IMG/VR virus record: IMGVR_UViG_3300028603_000001
Span: 32,001 to 96,000 of that record
Origin: a virus
Taxonomy: Duplodnaviria; Caudoviricetes
Strand: one strand, 5' to 3'
DNA length: 64,000 nt
The stretch's first letter is position 1; each line of letters begins with the position of its first letter. The notes beneath the pieces were generated by a model, which worked only from the letters and a program-made list of their open reading frames with translations, had not been told where the DNA came from and did no database searches. Made by a program: the position numbers and the translations under genes. Of the stretch, positions 48,460 through 57,949 are shown piece after piece.

Positions 48460-49650
48460 ATGACAGATAAAAAAACAGAAACTAAAATGTTTAGCGTTGC
48501 AGACTTTGCAAAAAAATTGAATAGGGAGTATAAAGATGATACCTTATTACGAAAATCAGATATTATACCTCAGTATAGAAGATTAAAAACAGGAGCTCTA
48601 GGGTTAGATTTTACTTTATATGGTGGATTTCCTTATGGAAGAATTGGTCAATTATCTGGAATGTATCATAGTGGTAAAACATTAGCATCAACATTGTGTA
48701 TAGCCGCATACCAGAAAGAAAATCCACATCAAACATGTGTGTATGTTGATGCAGAACATGCTTTAGACTTACAATTCAATGTGTTGATGAATCACGTTGA
48801 CCAAGATAAATTATTTATTTTTACACCTCCTGTTGGAATGTCAGGTGAACAAATACTCGGAGCTGTTTTAGAACTTCAAACAACCGTAGATGATATCGGG
48901 TTAATTGTTATAGATTCAGTTCCAGCTTTAGTAACATCAGCAAACCTAAAAAGCGATTTTGAAGATGATAAAGGAATGAGGGGTACAATTGCTAAATATA
49001 TGCATAAATTTTGCCCTGAAGTTATACCATCAATTCAAGCTAAAAATAATATGATTTTATTTATAAATCAATCAAGAATTAAAGGCTATAATTCATTCAG
49101 AGGACAACAGATTCCTATTTATGGTGAATATGGCGGCGATGCATTAGGATTTTATTCTTCAGTTTCTATCAGATTTGGAACAAGAAAATTCATGAAAAAT
49201 GGGGAGCTTTTAACTGGTACAAAAGGTGATGGTGCAGATGGATTCAGGTTAGTATTTAACGTAACTAAAAATAAAACAGCAGCAACAAATAGGGGCGGTG
49301 GATTTATTACCTATAATTATGAAACAGGGATAGATTTCATCGGAGACGCTTTAGCGATAGCTTTTACATATGATTTTTTAAGGCCAGCTAGCTCAAGGAC
49401 ATATTTTTTAAGTGACCCACTAACAGGAGAAATTTATGTTGATGAAAATGGTAAAGAGATTAGGGGATATGAAAAAGACATTAAAGAATATTTACTTAAC
49501 CATGAAGATGTTTGTACCAAATTCGTTAATAATCTTCTTGAGGCTATATCAGCAAGCAATACTGTCAAATCATTGCTAAGTGAGGAAGATTTGGCTCAAA
49601 TAAATGCTGAAGAAGAGATGGTAATTAAAGAAGCTAAGGCAGCTGTGTAA
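48460..49650 (+). CDS. recA: RecA/UvsX-like recombinase
   Basis: TG...LD..L.GG.P.GRI, SGKT, DAEHALD, IDSVPAL, FINQ.R, GG.AL.FY.S, KNK. Confidence 0.95.
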   Translation: MTDKKTETKMFSVADFAKKLNREYKDDTLLRKSDIIPQYRRLKTGALGLDFTLYGGFPYGRIGQLSGMYHSGKTLASTLCIAAYQKENPHQTCVYVDAEHALDLQFNVLMNHVDQDKLFIFTPPVGMSGEQILGAVLELQTTVDDIGLIVIDSVPALVTSANLKSDFEDDKGMRGTIAKYMHKFCPEVIPSIQAKNNMILFINQSRIKGYNSFRGQQIPIYGEYGGDALGFYSSVSIRFGTRKFMKNGELLTGTKGDGADGFRLVFNVTKNKTAATNRGGGFITYNYETGIDFIGDALAIAFTYDFLRPASSRTYFLSDPLTGEIYVDENGKEIRGYEKDIKEYLLNHEDVCTKFVNNLLEAISASNTVKSLLSEEDLAQINAEEEMVIKEAKAAV

Positions 49651-49651
49651 T

Positions 49652-50032
49652 ATGAGTAGAGTTCCTTTAGTTGTAAGAGAAAAAGATGGAGATAAGAAAC
49701 CAACCAGATATTTTTCTAAAAAGCAAGAAGATACAATAGCTAAGCAATTAGGTGGAAGAAGAGTTGCAAACAGTGGAGCTACCATGTTTCAAAAAGGTGA
49801 TATAATAACGGATTCCTTCTTATTGGAAGCTAAAACGAAAACAACTTCTTCTAAATCAATTTCTATTAAAAAAGAATGGTTAATTAAAAATAAGCGAGAA
49901 GCTCTATCGATGTCAAAACCTTATAATGCTTTAGTGTTTAATTTTGGCCCTGATGAAGAAAATTATTATGTTATTAATGAAGAATTATTTCAAGATTTAT
50001 TAGTATATTTGGAAAATAAAGCTGAAGAATAG
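49652..50032 (+). CDS. PD-(D/E)XK nuclease, Holliday junction resolvase-like
   Basis: QE...A..LGG....SGA...KGD...EAK. Confidence 0.75.
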   Translation: MSRVPLVVREKDGDKKPTRYFSKKQEDTIAKQLGGRRVANSGATMFQKGDIITDSFLLEAKTKTTSSKSISIKKEWLIKNKREALSMSKPYNALVFNFGPDEENYYVINEELFQDLLVYLENKAEE

Positions 50033-50066
50033 TTTCTTTAGCTTTTTGTTTTTTTTATCCTCTATG

Positions 50067-50075
50067 TGCTAAATT
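50067..50075 (+). promoter_or_regulatory. Putative late promoter TGCTAAATT inside the replication arm
   Basis: After a terminator-like hairpin (~50018-50056), before ATG 50129. Confidence 0.7.
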
Positions 50076-50128
50076 ATATAGTGATATAGGTCACAATAGA
50101 AAAATATAAAAAAGGAGAAACAGACAAA

Positions 50129-50356
50129 ATGGCAGAAAGAATTAATAAGCTCCATGGGATGCAAATTGAAGATAATAGAGTCCCAGATCTTATTAAAAAA
50201 ATTGAAGAATTAGAAGTTAAGTTAGCTGGTTTGCCAACCCTTCCAGAAACAGCGGGAAGTTATGCGCTTACCGTTACAGAAGAAGGTGAAAAATTAGTGT
50301 ATAGCTGGGAAGTTTCAGCAGCTGGCGGTGATTTAGATTTAGGAGCTGAATACTAA
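50129..50356 (+). CDS. Small putative virion protein
   Basis: Coiled coil plus LPTLP...G.Y.L.V......YSW, a fibre-like module; RBS AAGGAG. Confidence 0.55.
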   Translation: MAERINKLHGMQIEDNRVPDLIKKIEELEVKLAGLPTLPETAGSYALTVTEEGEKLVYSWEVSAAGGDLDLGAEY

Positions 50357-52089
50357 TGGCAGCACAAGATTTTCAAGTAGGCACTATTTTACCTAAAGGT
50401 AAAGTTATAATAACATATGGTGGAGATCTAGAGAATTTAGAGTGGATAGATGTTAGTTTTATTGAGCAATCTGGTATTTATGCTTATCAAGAGGGGATAG
50501 AGTTCAACATGGGATTTCCTATGGCTTCTACACCCGCAGTCAACCCTGGTGAAAATGATGTTATTCATTATGCAGAGATTGATTTAGGTAAATTTACTGA
50601 AGCTGAGCGTACAGTAGTTCAGATTGAATATGAAAATGAATTTGGTAATTCTTTTTTAAGATGGGAACCTGGAGATAATAACCATACAATATCTTTTGAT
50701 ACTAATGGGGGAGACGATATTGAGGAAGTAGTGTCAGATACGTTTCCAAATGACATTTTAACACCTGTAAAACCTGGATTTGCTGTTGGGGAGCACATAT
50801 ATACATATGAATTTATAGGGTGGTATGATAAATATAGTAGATTAGTTAGCCCTGGAGATCCTATTATAGACGACATGACTGTTTATGCAAAATGGGAGTT
50901 AATTGAACCAGTCGGAGGACCTCAATTATTATCACCAAAAGATAATGCGAAATACACTAAAAATCTGCTTAGATTACCTAGAGGTATTTTAAGATTTTAT
51001 TCTGTTTTTGATGAAACAAAAGAGGAATATTATTCTAATCATGGAACAAATATCAGTTTAAATAACTGGGATGGTTATATAGCTTTCTCTGTAAACGTTC
51101 AGGGAACGCCTGGAAATTTCACCTTTAATTATACAAGCGAGTACATGTTACCAAATGGGATGACTAGAGGAAGCGATCAACTTTCAAGCATTGAGGTATA
51201 TACAGCAGCATTTTTAGAACCAATATATATAACTTCGGTGGAGAGAGATTATGATCAAGTTTACCATGGATTATTTTGGGAAGTTTTAGAAGCTGAAGAA
51301 TTTACTATTGATTTCAATACAAACGGTGCTGAAATACTTTCACCTATAACAACTTCAAAAGTAACAGATGAACTACCTGTACCAACGAAAGCTGGATATA
51401 CTTTTGCGGGATGGTATTTAGATAATGATTTTGAAGAAAAAGCAGAAGAAGGAATGTATTTTTTTGAAAATACAACGTTGTATGCAAAATGGACTAATCC
51501 ACAAGATTTGTTTGAAGAAATAGCTGGTAGAATAAGAGAAAAAGATGGAACTGAGGCATTAATTAAAGGTTTCGATTTTCCAGACCGAATTAAAAAAATA
51601 TCAACTTTTGAAAATAAACCAGGGATTATCTTATCAACTAAGGCTAGGGCCGAGGTGTGGGATAACGATGCTCAAGACTATATTGAAATGGAAGAATATT
51701 TTTCACCTAGTTGCAGCATTGAAATCTGGAACTCTGATGAGGAGGAGCCCTTTGCTTATCTAGATGGATCAGATAAAGGATATGTAACAATGGATATTCC
51801 TGAAAAAATGTATGGAGTAGAGTTACGTAGTTTGAAGTTTATTATTCAGAGCAGAAGTGTCTATAGTCTTTATATTAAAGAGTTGTTATATAGACCTATT
51901 ATGATATCTATTAAGAATGGAGATGATGTTATTTATAGTAAATTACTAACACTTATTGGTAATGAACCATCTGAAGTAGGTCTTTTTGAAGAGTCCATGT
52001 TTATTTTAGATGCACTTCCAGAAATTTATATTGAACCAAATACTCAAATAAGTATCAGAGTTTTTATGCCAAAGCACGTCGGCGAATAA
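50356..52089 (+). CDS. InlB B-repeat (Flg_new) surface or virion protein
   Basis: Two repeats: ISFDTNGG...P.KPG...FIGWY...VYAKW and IDFNTNG...PTKAGYTFAGWY...LYAKW. Confidence 0.8.
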   Translation: MAAQDFQVGTILPKGKVIITYGGDLENLEWIDVSFIEQSGIYAYQEGIEFNMGFPMASTPAVNPGENDVIHYAEIDLGKFTEAERTVVQIEYENEFGNSFLRWEPGDNNHTISFDTNGGDDIEEVVSDTFPNDILTPVKPGFAVGEHIYTYEFIGWYDKYSRLVSPGDPIIDDMTVYAKWELIEPVGGPQLLSPKDNAKYTKNLLRLPRGILRFYSVFDETKEEYYSNHGTNISLNNWDGYIAFSVNVQGTPGNFTFNYTSEYMLPNGMTRGSDQLSSIEVYTAAFLEPIYITSVERDYDQVYHGLFWEVLEAEEFTIDFNTNGAEILSPITTSKVTDELPVPTKAGYTFAGWYLDNDFEEKAEEGMYFFENTTLYAKWTNPQDLFEEIAGRIREKDGTEALIKGFDFPDRIKKISTFENKPGIILSTKARAEVWDNDAQDYIEMEEYFSPSCSIEIWNSDEEEPFAYLDGSDKGYVTMDIPEKMYGVELRSLKFIIQSRSVYSLYIKELLYRPIMISIKNGDDVIYSKLLTLIGNEPSEVGLFEESMFILDALPEIYIEPNTQISIRVFMPKHVGE

Positions 52090-52136
52090 TTTTTATATTA
52101 AAGAAAATTTTAAACAATAATAATAAAATAATTAAC

Positions 52137-52169
52137 AGAGAGATTGAACATTAAAATTCAATCTTTTTT
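52137..52169 (+). terminator. Intrinsic terminator
   Basis: AGATTGAA/TTCAATCT stem plus T-run. Confidence 0.65.
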
Positions 52170-52179
52170 ATTGTATAAT
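52170..52179 (+). promoter_or_regulatory. Putative early/middle promoter ATTGTATAAT
   Basis: Upstream of ATG 52212. Confidence 0.55.
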
Positions 52180-52211
52180 ATAATATCAAGATGAAAGGAA
52201 ATTAATATAAT

Positions 52212-52409
52212 ATGAAATTTGAACACGCGTATATTGAAATGTTAAAAGGTAGAAAAATTAAAAGACCTCAATTTAAAGGTTATTGGTTTATCGATGCTAT
52301 ATCTGGAAAATTAATTATCCATTTAGCTAATGGTGAAGAAATAGACCAAGGTGAGCTAGATCTGACTGTTAGAAATGTTTTAGCTGAAGATTGGGAGGTT
52401 TTTGAATAA
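52212..52409 (+). CDS. DUF2829 / Tad2-like protein
   Basis: M.F..A...M..G.KI.R......VLAEDWEV. Confidence 0.65.
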   Translation: MKFEHAYIEMLKGRKIKRPQFKGYWFIDAISGKLIIHLANGEEIDQGELDLTVRNVLAEDWEVFE

Positions 52410-53044
52410 TGAGTTTATTACCAGAACAAATTGAAAAAAACAAACAGTTATTTTTAGGATTGATTCGTCAGATTAAAATTGAGGGAGCTGATATTAACGG
52501 CTTGATCGAGTTCTTAACTAACAGTGATTTTTTCACAGCTCCTGCTTCTACAATCTATCATGGAAACTTCGAAGGAGGTCTTTGCTATCACAGTTTAAAC
52601 GTATTTGATGCTTTATTAGAGTTAGCAGAAAAATATACACCTGGAAGATACGACAGAAATAGTTTATTAGTTGTTGGCTTATTACATGATTTATCAAAAA
52701 CTAACTTCTATGAGAAATATATAATGAACAAAAAAGTATACCTACCATCAGGAACTAAGCAAGATAATCAAGGAAGATTTGACTGGTTTGCAGAAGAAGC
52801 ATATAAAGTTAAAGACGCTAAAGAGCGCTTTATTGGTGGTGACCATGCTACTAATAGTATGTTTTTAATTAGCAAATATATCCCTTTAACTTATGAAGAA
52901 AGCGTAGCAGTAATTAATCACCATTTTATAACAGAAACAAATGGGTTATTAAGAGATATTACTCCAATTTATAATACATACTCATTAGCTACGTTAATAC
53001 ATTTAGCTGACATGATTGCTGTGTATTTGATTGAAAATAAATAG
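52409..53044 (+). CDS. HD-domain phosphohydrolase
   Basis: APAS..YH....GGL..HS, LLHDLSK, H, HH, HLAD. Confidence 0.9.
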   Translation: MSLLPEQIEKNKQLFLGLIRQIKIEGADINGLIEFLTNSDFFTAPASTIYHGNFEGGLCYHSLNVFDALLELAEKYTPGRYDRNSLLVVGLLHDLSKTNFYEKYIMNKKVYLPSGTKQDNQGRFDWFAEEAYKVKDAKERFIGGDHATNSMFLISKYIPLTYEESVAVINHHFITETNGLLRDITPIYNTYSLATLIHLADMIAVYLIENK

Positions 53045-53050
53045 GAAAAT

Positions 53051-53413
53051 ATGTTTGTAAGTAAAATAATTGAGCAGCAGTTAAAGAAAACACAGAATGT
53101 TGATATAAGCAATTATAACCCAGAAACAAATACTTACATCATTAAAAAACGAAATGATATTAAAATAGAAGAGAACTGTATGTATTTAATTAAATTAAAA
53201 GATTCAGCTTTTTCAAACACTGTAGTTATAAATAATTGGAATAATGGGTTTTTTACATCATCAAGATATTTGAAAATTGATGTGCATACAAAAATGACAA
53301 ATATGATAAAAGTGGTAGGTATTGGTTATGATATTGAAACGCAGCAAGATCTAATCGGTCGTTGGTCTGGTTGGTTATGCATTGATAATATAGAAGTTTT
53401 AGAAAAATTATAA
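53051..53413 (+). CDS. Hypothetical protein
   Basis: 120-aa ORF. Confidence 0.65.
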   Translation: MFVSKIIEQQLKKTQNVDISNYNPETNTYIIKKRNDIKIEENCMYLIKLKDSAFSNTVVINNWNNGFFTSSRYLKIDVHTKMTNMIKVVGIGYDIETQQDLIGRWSGWLCIDNIEVLEKL

Positions 53414-53431
53414 TATATGTATATATATCTT

Positions 53432-53441
53432 ATTGTATATT
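53432..53441 (+). promoter_or_regulatory. Putative early/middle promoter ATTGTATATT
   Basis: Upstream of dnaX. Confidence 0.55.
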
Positions 53442-53478
53442 AGAGTATACATACAGAAAGAAAAAGGTGGTTAACTAA

Positions 53479-54501
53479 ATGGCAGAATCATTAGCTGTAA
53501 AATATAGACCTAAAAATTTTGAAAGTATTTTAGGTCAGAAATCAATAATTAGAATATTGCAAAGACAAATTGAATCAAATAACATTGCAAACTGTTATCT
53601 ATTTTCTGGACCCTCTGGGACTGGGAAAACAACTATGTGCCGCGCTCTAGCTGATATGATAAATAACAACCAAGGTAATCCCATTGAGATAGATGCTGCG
53701 AGTAACAATGGGGTTGATGCTGTGAGGGACATTATAGAAGATGCCCGACAGCGAAGTATCGATTCAGATTACAAAATATTTATTGTAGATGAATGTCATG
53801 CAATTACTACACAAGGATGGCAAGCATTTCTTAAATGTATCGAAGAGCCTCCTAAGTACACAATTTTCATGTTTTGTACAACAAACCCAGAAAAAATTCC
53901 AGAGACAATTTTAAATAGAACTATGCGCTTTAATATCTCAAAAGTTGATACAAATCTTATCAGAGAGCGATTAATATATATTTGTGAGAAAGAAGGCTTT
54001 ACAAATTATTTAGAAGCTTGCGATTATCTATCAAAATTGGGTAATGGATCTGTAAGGCAAAGTATAGCTTATTTAGAAAAATGTGCTAATTATGACCTTG
54101 ATTTATCTATTGAAAATGTTTTAGAATGTTTAGGTAATTTTTCATATGATTCATTATTCGATCTAACAGGAGCTATTTTAAACTGTGATGAAGCGTTTAT
54201 TTTAGATCTTATTGATTCATACTATAATGCTGGAAATGATTTAAAATTATTTGTTGAGCAGTATTTAGAATTCGTTTTAGATTTAACAAAATACTGTCTA
54301 TTTAGAAATATGAGGACTTTAAAAATTCCAGTAAGTTTAGAGCCTAGATGTTTAGGATACTCAAATATTCCAAATATTTTAGACTTTTCAAATAAATTAG
54401 TAGAAAAAGTTTTAGAGATAAAAAACACAATCAAATATGATACAAATCCAAAAACAACGGTTGAAGCTATGCTGATTGTATTATGCAGAACGGAGCTATA
54501 A
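53479..54501 (+). CDS. dnaX: Clamp loader ATPase, DNA Pol III gamma-like
   Basis: KYRP..F, GPSGTGKTT, EIDAASNNGVD, DECH, LKCIEEPP, TTNPEKIPETI. Confidence 0.92.
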   Translation: MAESLAVKYRPKNFESILGQKSIIRILQRQIESNNIANCYLFSGPSGTGKTTMCRALADMINNNQGNPIEIDAASNNGVDAVRDIIEDARQRSIDSDYKIFIVDECHAITTQGWQAFLKCIEEPPKYTIFMFCTTNPEKIPETILNRTMRFNISKVDTNLIRERLIYICEKEGFTNYLEACDYLSKLGNGSVRQSIAYLEKCANYDLDLSIENVLECLGNFSYDSLFDLTGAILNCDEAFILDLIDSYYNAGNDLKLFVEQYLEFVLDLTKYCLFRNMRTLKIPVSLEPRCLGYSNIPNILDFSNKLVEKVLEIKNTIKYDTNPKTTVEAMLIVLCRTEL

Positions 54502-54504
54502 AAA

Positions 54505-54912
54505 ATGATGCAGAAGAACATAAGAGAGTTAGAAACTAAAATAAAAGAAAATTATGAAAAGATAAAAGAATTTAAAGAAATATGCTTTAATTATTCACAC
54601 GCAGTTTATGAATTTTTAGGAGCAATGTCTGAAGAATCAATATCAAAACTTAATCCTTTTGAGCAGATAGCCTTAAATAAATTAAAAGAAGATATTGATA
54701 GACATATATCATCAGAAAATTATAAAGAGTTTCTGAAGAGAAAATATATTGATAAGAATGTTCCTTATAATTATGTAGTTGGTCTTGCTGATATTTTTAT
54801 TGAAAAATATGAAAAACGTTTTAATAAAGATATTTTAAAAGAAAACTTTCCAGAAGATGATACAGAAACTCTTAAGATAATTGAACATAAAGATATTAAG
54901 GAAGGACATTAA
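54505..54912 (+). CDS. Hypothetical protein
   Basis: 135-aa ORF. Confidence 0.6.
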   Translation: MMQKNIRELETKIKENYEKIKEFKEICFNYSHAVYEFLGAMSEESISKLNPFEQIALNKLKEDIDRHISSENYKEFLKRKYIDKNVPYNYVVGLADIFIEKYEKRFNKDILKENFPEDDTETLKIIEHKDIKEGH

Positions 54913-54921
54913 AAGATAAGT

Positions 54922-55389
54922 ATGGACACTGAAAAACAACCAAGCTATATAGTAGGTAGTAGCGACTTTATAGGAACTTATATTAAAAATATAGTGATAA
55001 TGGCACCTGGATTTAAACCTCGAAAATTGGATATAATAATTGATAAACTTAAGGCTTATTTTAGAGAAGAAACTAGACAATTTGCCCTTGATATGAATAA
55101 CAACCCATCACCTGATGGTAGCATTGGCGCTAATTATCCGCATATGACAGAAGATACTATTAGTGACCTTGTAAGAAATGCCCCTAAAAAAATTGAGGAG
55201 ATAGAAGAATTAAATCTTTCTAATTATGAATTTAATAAAGGAATAACTGTTGATGATCCTAATAGAAGTATGTTTGGATTTGTTGGTAGGGATTTTAGTC
55301 TTAAAGAAGAACATGATTTTATAGATCTAGATGCTTTAACTCAAAATGTATTTTGCGAACTGATAGACCAAGTTACTCGCAGCTATTAA
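54922..55389 (+). CDS. Hypothetical protein
   Basis: 155-aa ORF. Confidence 0.6.
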   Translation: MDTEKQPSYIVGSSDFIGTYIKNIVIMAPGFKPRKLDIIIDKLKAYFREETRQFALDMNNNPSPDGSIGANYPHMTEDTISDLVRNAPKKIEEIEELNLSNYEFNKGITVDDPNRSMFGFVGRDFSLKEEHDFIDLDALTQNVFCELIDQVTRSY

Positions 55390-55397
55390 TATCTCTT

Positions 55398-55580
55398 ATG
55401 AAATTACGAGTTACAGTTACAACTGGAGGAAAAGCAATCTCTGGAGAAAAAGAAATTCGAGCAAAAGATCATTTAACAGCTCAAATTAAATTCCCACATT
55501 TAATTCAAAGAAATAGAGCTAAATATACGAGAAAAATAAAGCATAAAAATAGAAAAGAAATGGAGAATGAAAATGGATAA
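55398..55580 (+). CDS. Small basic protein with an ArfA/BrfA-like Y.RK.KH motif
   Basis: ATG 55398; ...FPHLIQRNRAKYTRKIKHKNR; fills the gap in the operon; no strong SD. Confidence 0.5.
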   Translation: MKLRVTVTTGGKAISGEKEIRAKDHLTAQIKFPHLIQRNRAKYTRKIKHKNRKEMENENG

Positions 55581-55917
55581 TTTATGTACAAAATGCGATT
55601 ACAAACATCTCTGTAAATTTAAAGAAGATTTTATAAAAATTGAATCTAAAATAGACTTTCATTTAAAAGACTTAATAGAAGCTAATAAGCAAATATTTTT
55701 TAATATAAAACTAGAATGTCAATTTTTTAAAGAAGAGTTTCCAACGTTGGCAACTAACAAACGCCCTTTGGATTATTCCACTACTGACAGATCTTATGAT
55801 CCATGTAGAGATTGCCTAAACAAACCAGATTTGACTAAAGGCCTAACTGTTGGGGATAGAGTATGTGATTGGTGTCAACATAACCCCTATAAACTTACCT
55901 GTCTTACAGCAAAATAA
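55567..55917 (+). CDS. Cys-rich, probable metal-binding protein
   Basis: CxxC-x4-C, CxxC, CxxC. Confidence 0.6.
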   Translation: MKMDNLCTKCDYKHLCKFKEDFIKIESKIDFHLKDLIEANKQIFFNIKLECQFFKEEFPTLATNKRPLDYSTTDRSYDPCRDCLNKPDLTKGLTVGDRVCDWCQHNPYKLTCLTAK

Positions 55918-55940
55918 TAACTATATAGAAAGGCAACAAT

Positions 55941-56738
55941 ATGATAGGACAAAAAAAATTATTAGATAATATTTCTAAACTTAATATTGATACTTTTCCT
56001 AGATCGACTTTATTAATTGCTGAGAAAGGTATGGGAAAACATACTCTTGTTAATTATATAAAAGATAATATTTTAAAACTGCCTTTATTAGACATAACAG
56101 AAAATCTATCAAGTGATTTTATAGATAAAATCTACAGGAATCCTAATCCATATATTTATGTTATTAATCTATCAGACATAACAGAAAAAAATCAAAACAT
56201 AATGTTGAAACTAATCGAAGAGCCGTTAAATAACTCTTTTATAATTTTATTAGCTGAAAATCAACATTTTGTTTTAGACACAATTATAAGCAGGTGTGTT
56301 CTATTTGAATTTGATAATTATTCAAAAGAAGAATTAAAAACATTTGTTACAGATGCTGATAATGTTGATTTAATTTTATCTATACTTGAATCGCCTGGTA
56401 AAATATTAGAAACTAATACTCAAAATATTAAAGATATAATAGATACATGTGAAAAAATTGTGGCAAAATTAGGTCAAGCACATTACGCTAACGCATTATC
56501 TATAGCAAATAAAATAAATTTTAAAGACTCATATGATAAGTTTGATTTTGAAGTTTTTATAAGCTCACTAACAACTCAGTTATTCTCTGCTTTTTTAAAA
56601 ACAAACAATCATAAAATATTAAAAATGTATGAAATATTGCGAGACCAGAAAAAATTGCTGATTGATAAGAGATTAAATAAAGAGATATTTTTTAATAACT
56701 TGATTACAAAGCTATGGAAAGCGGTGAGAGGTGTCTAA
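55941..56738 (+). CDS. holB: Clamp loader delta-prime-like subunit
   Basis: MIGQ, degenerate Walker A GMGK, N.MLKLIEEP, TIISRC arginine finger. Confidence 0.8.
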   Translation: MIGQKKLLDNISKLNIDTFPRSTLLIAEKGMGKHTLVNYIKDNILKLPLLDITENLSSDFIDKIYRNPNPYIYVINLSDITEKNQNIMLKLIEEPLNNSFIILLAENQHFVLDTIISRCVLFEFDNYSKEELKTFVTDADNVDLILSILESPGKILETNTQNIKDIIDTCEKIVAKLGQAHYANALSIANKINFKDSYDKFDFEVFISSLTTQLFSAFLKTNNHKILKMYEILRDQKKLLIDKRLNKEIFFNNLITKLWKAVRGV

Positions 56739-56741
56739 ATA

Positions 56742-57626
56742 ATGACTAACAAAGAATTAAAAGAAAAGATAAAGCAAAACACTTTAGATGATTCTGCATT
56801 AATTTTAATCTATCCAGATATTCCATTCGTTTGTAATCAATACGTCAATCAGATTTGTAAAAATAGGGGTCTAGAAAAAATAAAAATAAGTAAGCTATCA
56901 GAGATACAAGCTGATGATGAATTATTCGATACGAAGCAATCTTTTTTATACATGTATGAAGTAGATAAGCTAGAAGAAAAACTACCTGAAGACATAAAAA
57001 ACATTATAGTGGTGTGTAAGCAGGCAATGAACAATGAAAATATAGAAACAGTTAAAATAAATAAATTAGAAAATTGGCAGATTGAAGATTATGTTAAAGT
57101 GCGAGTTCCTGGAATAACAGATGACCAAGCAAAATGGTTATGTTCTGTAGCTAAATACAACATATACAGACTAGAAAAAGAATGTGATAAATTAAGCATA
57201 TTTAACAAAGAAGTTCAGCAGTTAGTTTTTAACCAGTTAAATCAAGAAAACGCTTATTATGATCTAAACAGCTTAACTATATTTAATTTTATAACTGCTA
57301 TAGTTAATAAAGATTATCAAACAATGAATGAAGTTTTAGAAAATATCAGATGGATAGATATAGAACCCTCTGGTTGTATAACATTATTATTAAAGCAATT
57401 TAAAACATTAATTGATGTAGCATTTTCTAGTAGTTGGAATAAATCATTGTCATGTTCAGAAAAGCAATTTTATTATTTTAAACATAATATGATGGGATTA
57501 TACACACAAAAACAATTAGTAGATATATATGAATTTTTAACCAGTTTAGATTATAAACTAAAATCAGGGTTTGTTCCAAATAATAGCCTTATAGATTACA
57601 TTTTAGTAAACATTTTAACTCTCTAA
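56742..57626 (+). CDS. holA: Clamp loader delta-like subunit
   Basis: L..E.DKL, IFNFI.AI, LDYKLKSG C-terminus; follows the holB-like gene. Confidence 0.7.
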   Translation: MTNKELKEKIKQNTLDDSALILIYPDIPFVCNQYVNQICKNRGLEKIKISKLSEIQADDELFDTKQSFLYMYEVDKLEEKLPEDIKNIIVVCKQAMNNENIETVKINKLENWQIEDYVKVRVPGITDDQAKWLCSVAKYNIYRLEKECDKLSIFNKEVQQLVFNQLNQENAYYDLNSLTIFNFITAIVNKDYQTMNEVLENIRWIDIEPSGCITLLLKQFKTLIDVAFSSSWNKSLSCSEKQFYYFKHNMMGLYTQKQLVDIYEFLTSLDYKLKSGFVPNNSLIDYILVNILTL

Positions 57627-57647
57627 GAACACATTAATTGATTTATT

Positions 57648-57667
57648 TGCTAAATTTATTGTACAAT
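57648..57667 (+). promoter_or_regulatory. Tandem late (TGCTAAATT) and early-like (ATTGTACAAT) promoters before the ncRNA cluster
   Basis: 57648-57656 and 57658-57667. Confidence 0.6.
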
Positions 57668-57677
57668 ATGAAAAATA

Positions 57678-57744
57678 AAGATACCTACAGCAAAACAAAA
57701 ATCCTACAAATAGTTGTTGCTTCTCGGGAGAGAGCGGGTATCTT
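57678..57744 (+). ncRNA. Skipping-rope-like small RNA
   Basis: Stem AAGATACCT/GGGTATCTT closing a large loop that begins ACAGCAA; internal TCTC-GGGA-GAGA hairpin; family assignment from memory of the motif. Confidence 0.55.
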
Positions 57745-57764
57745 GTTCTTATTTTAATTTATTC

Positions 57765-57839
57765 TGCAGAGTAGAGCAATGGTAGCTTACCGGGCTCATA
57801 ACCCGGCGGTTGAGGGTTCGAATCCCTCCTCTGCGACCA
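57765..57839 (+). tRNA. tRNA-fMet (CAT), initiator type, CCA encoded
   Basis: Cloverleaf; anticodon stem CCGGG/CCCGG with three G-C pairs; A11-U24; weak U1.G72; TTCGAAT T-loop. Confidence 0.93.
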
Positions 57840-57840
57840 T

Positions 57841-57880
57841 AACATAATATTATTGGTCACCTCAGCATTGGTATTATGTT
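57841..57880 (+). ncRNA. Hairpin RNA in the tRNA trailer with an anti-SD-like loop (UCACCUC)
   Basis: AACATAATATTA/TGGTATTATGTT stem; loop TTGGTCACCTCAGCAT. Confidence 0.45.
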
Positions 57881-57949
57881 TAAATATTTATATAGGTGAA
57901 GATAGGAATTCATCTATAAATGTCACAAAAAACTAAAAGGAGAGTTATT

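Noticed and set aside
57840-57920. HDV-like (theta) ribozyme after the tRNA
   Set aside because: The trailer folds as simple AT-rich hairpins; I could not build the nested double pseudoknot
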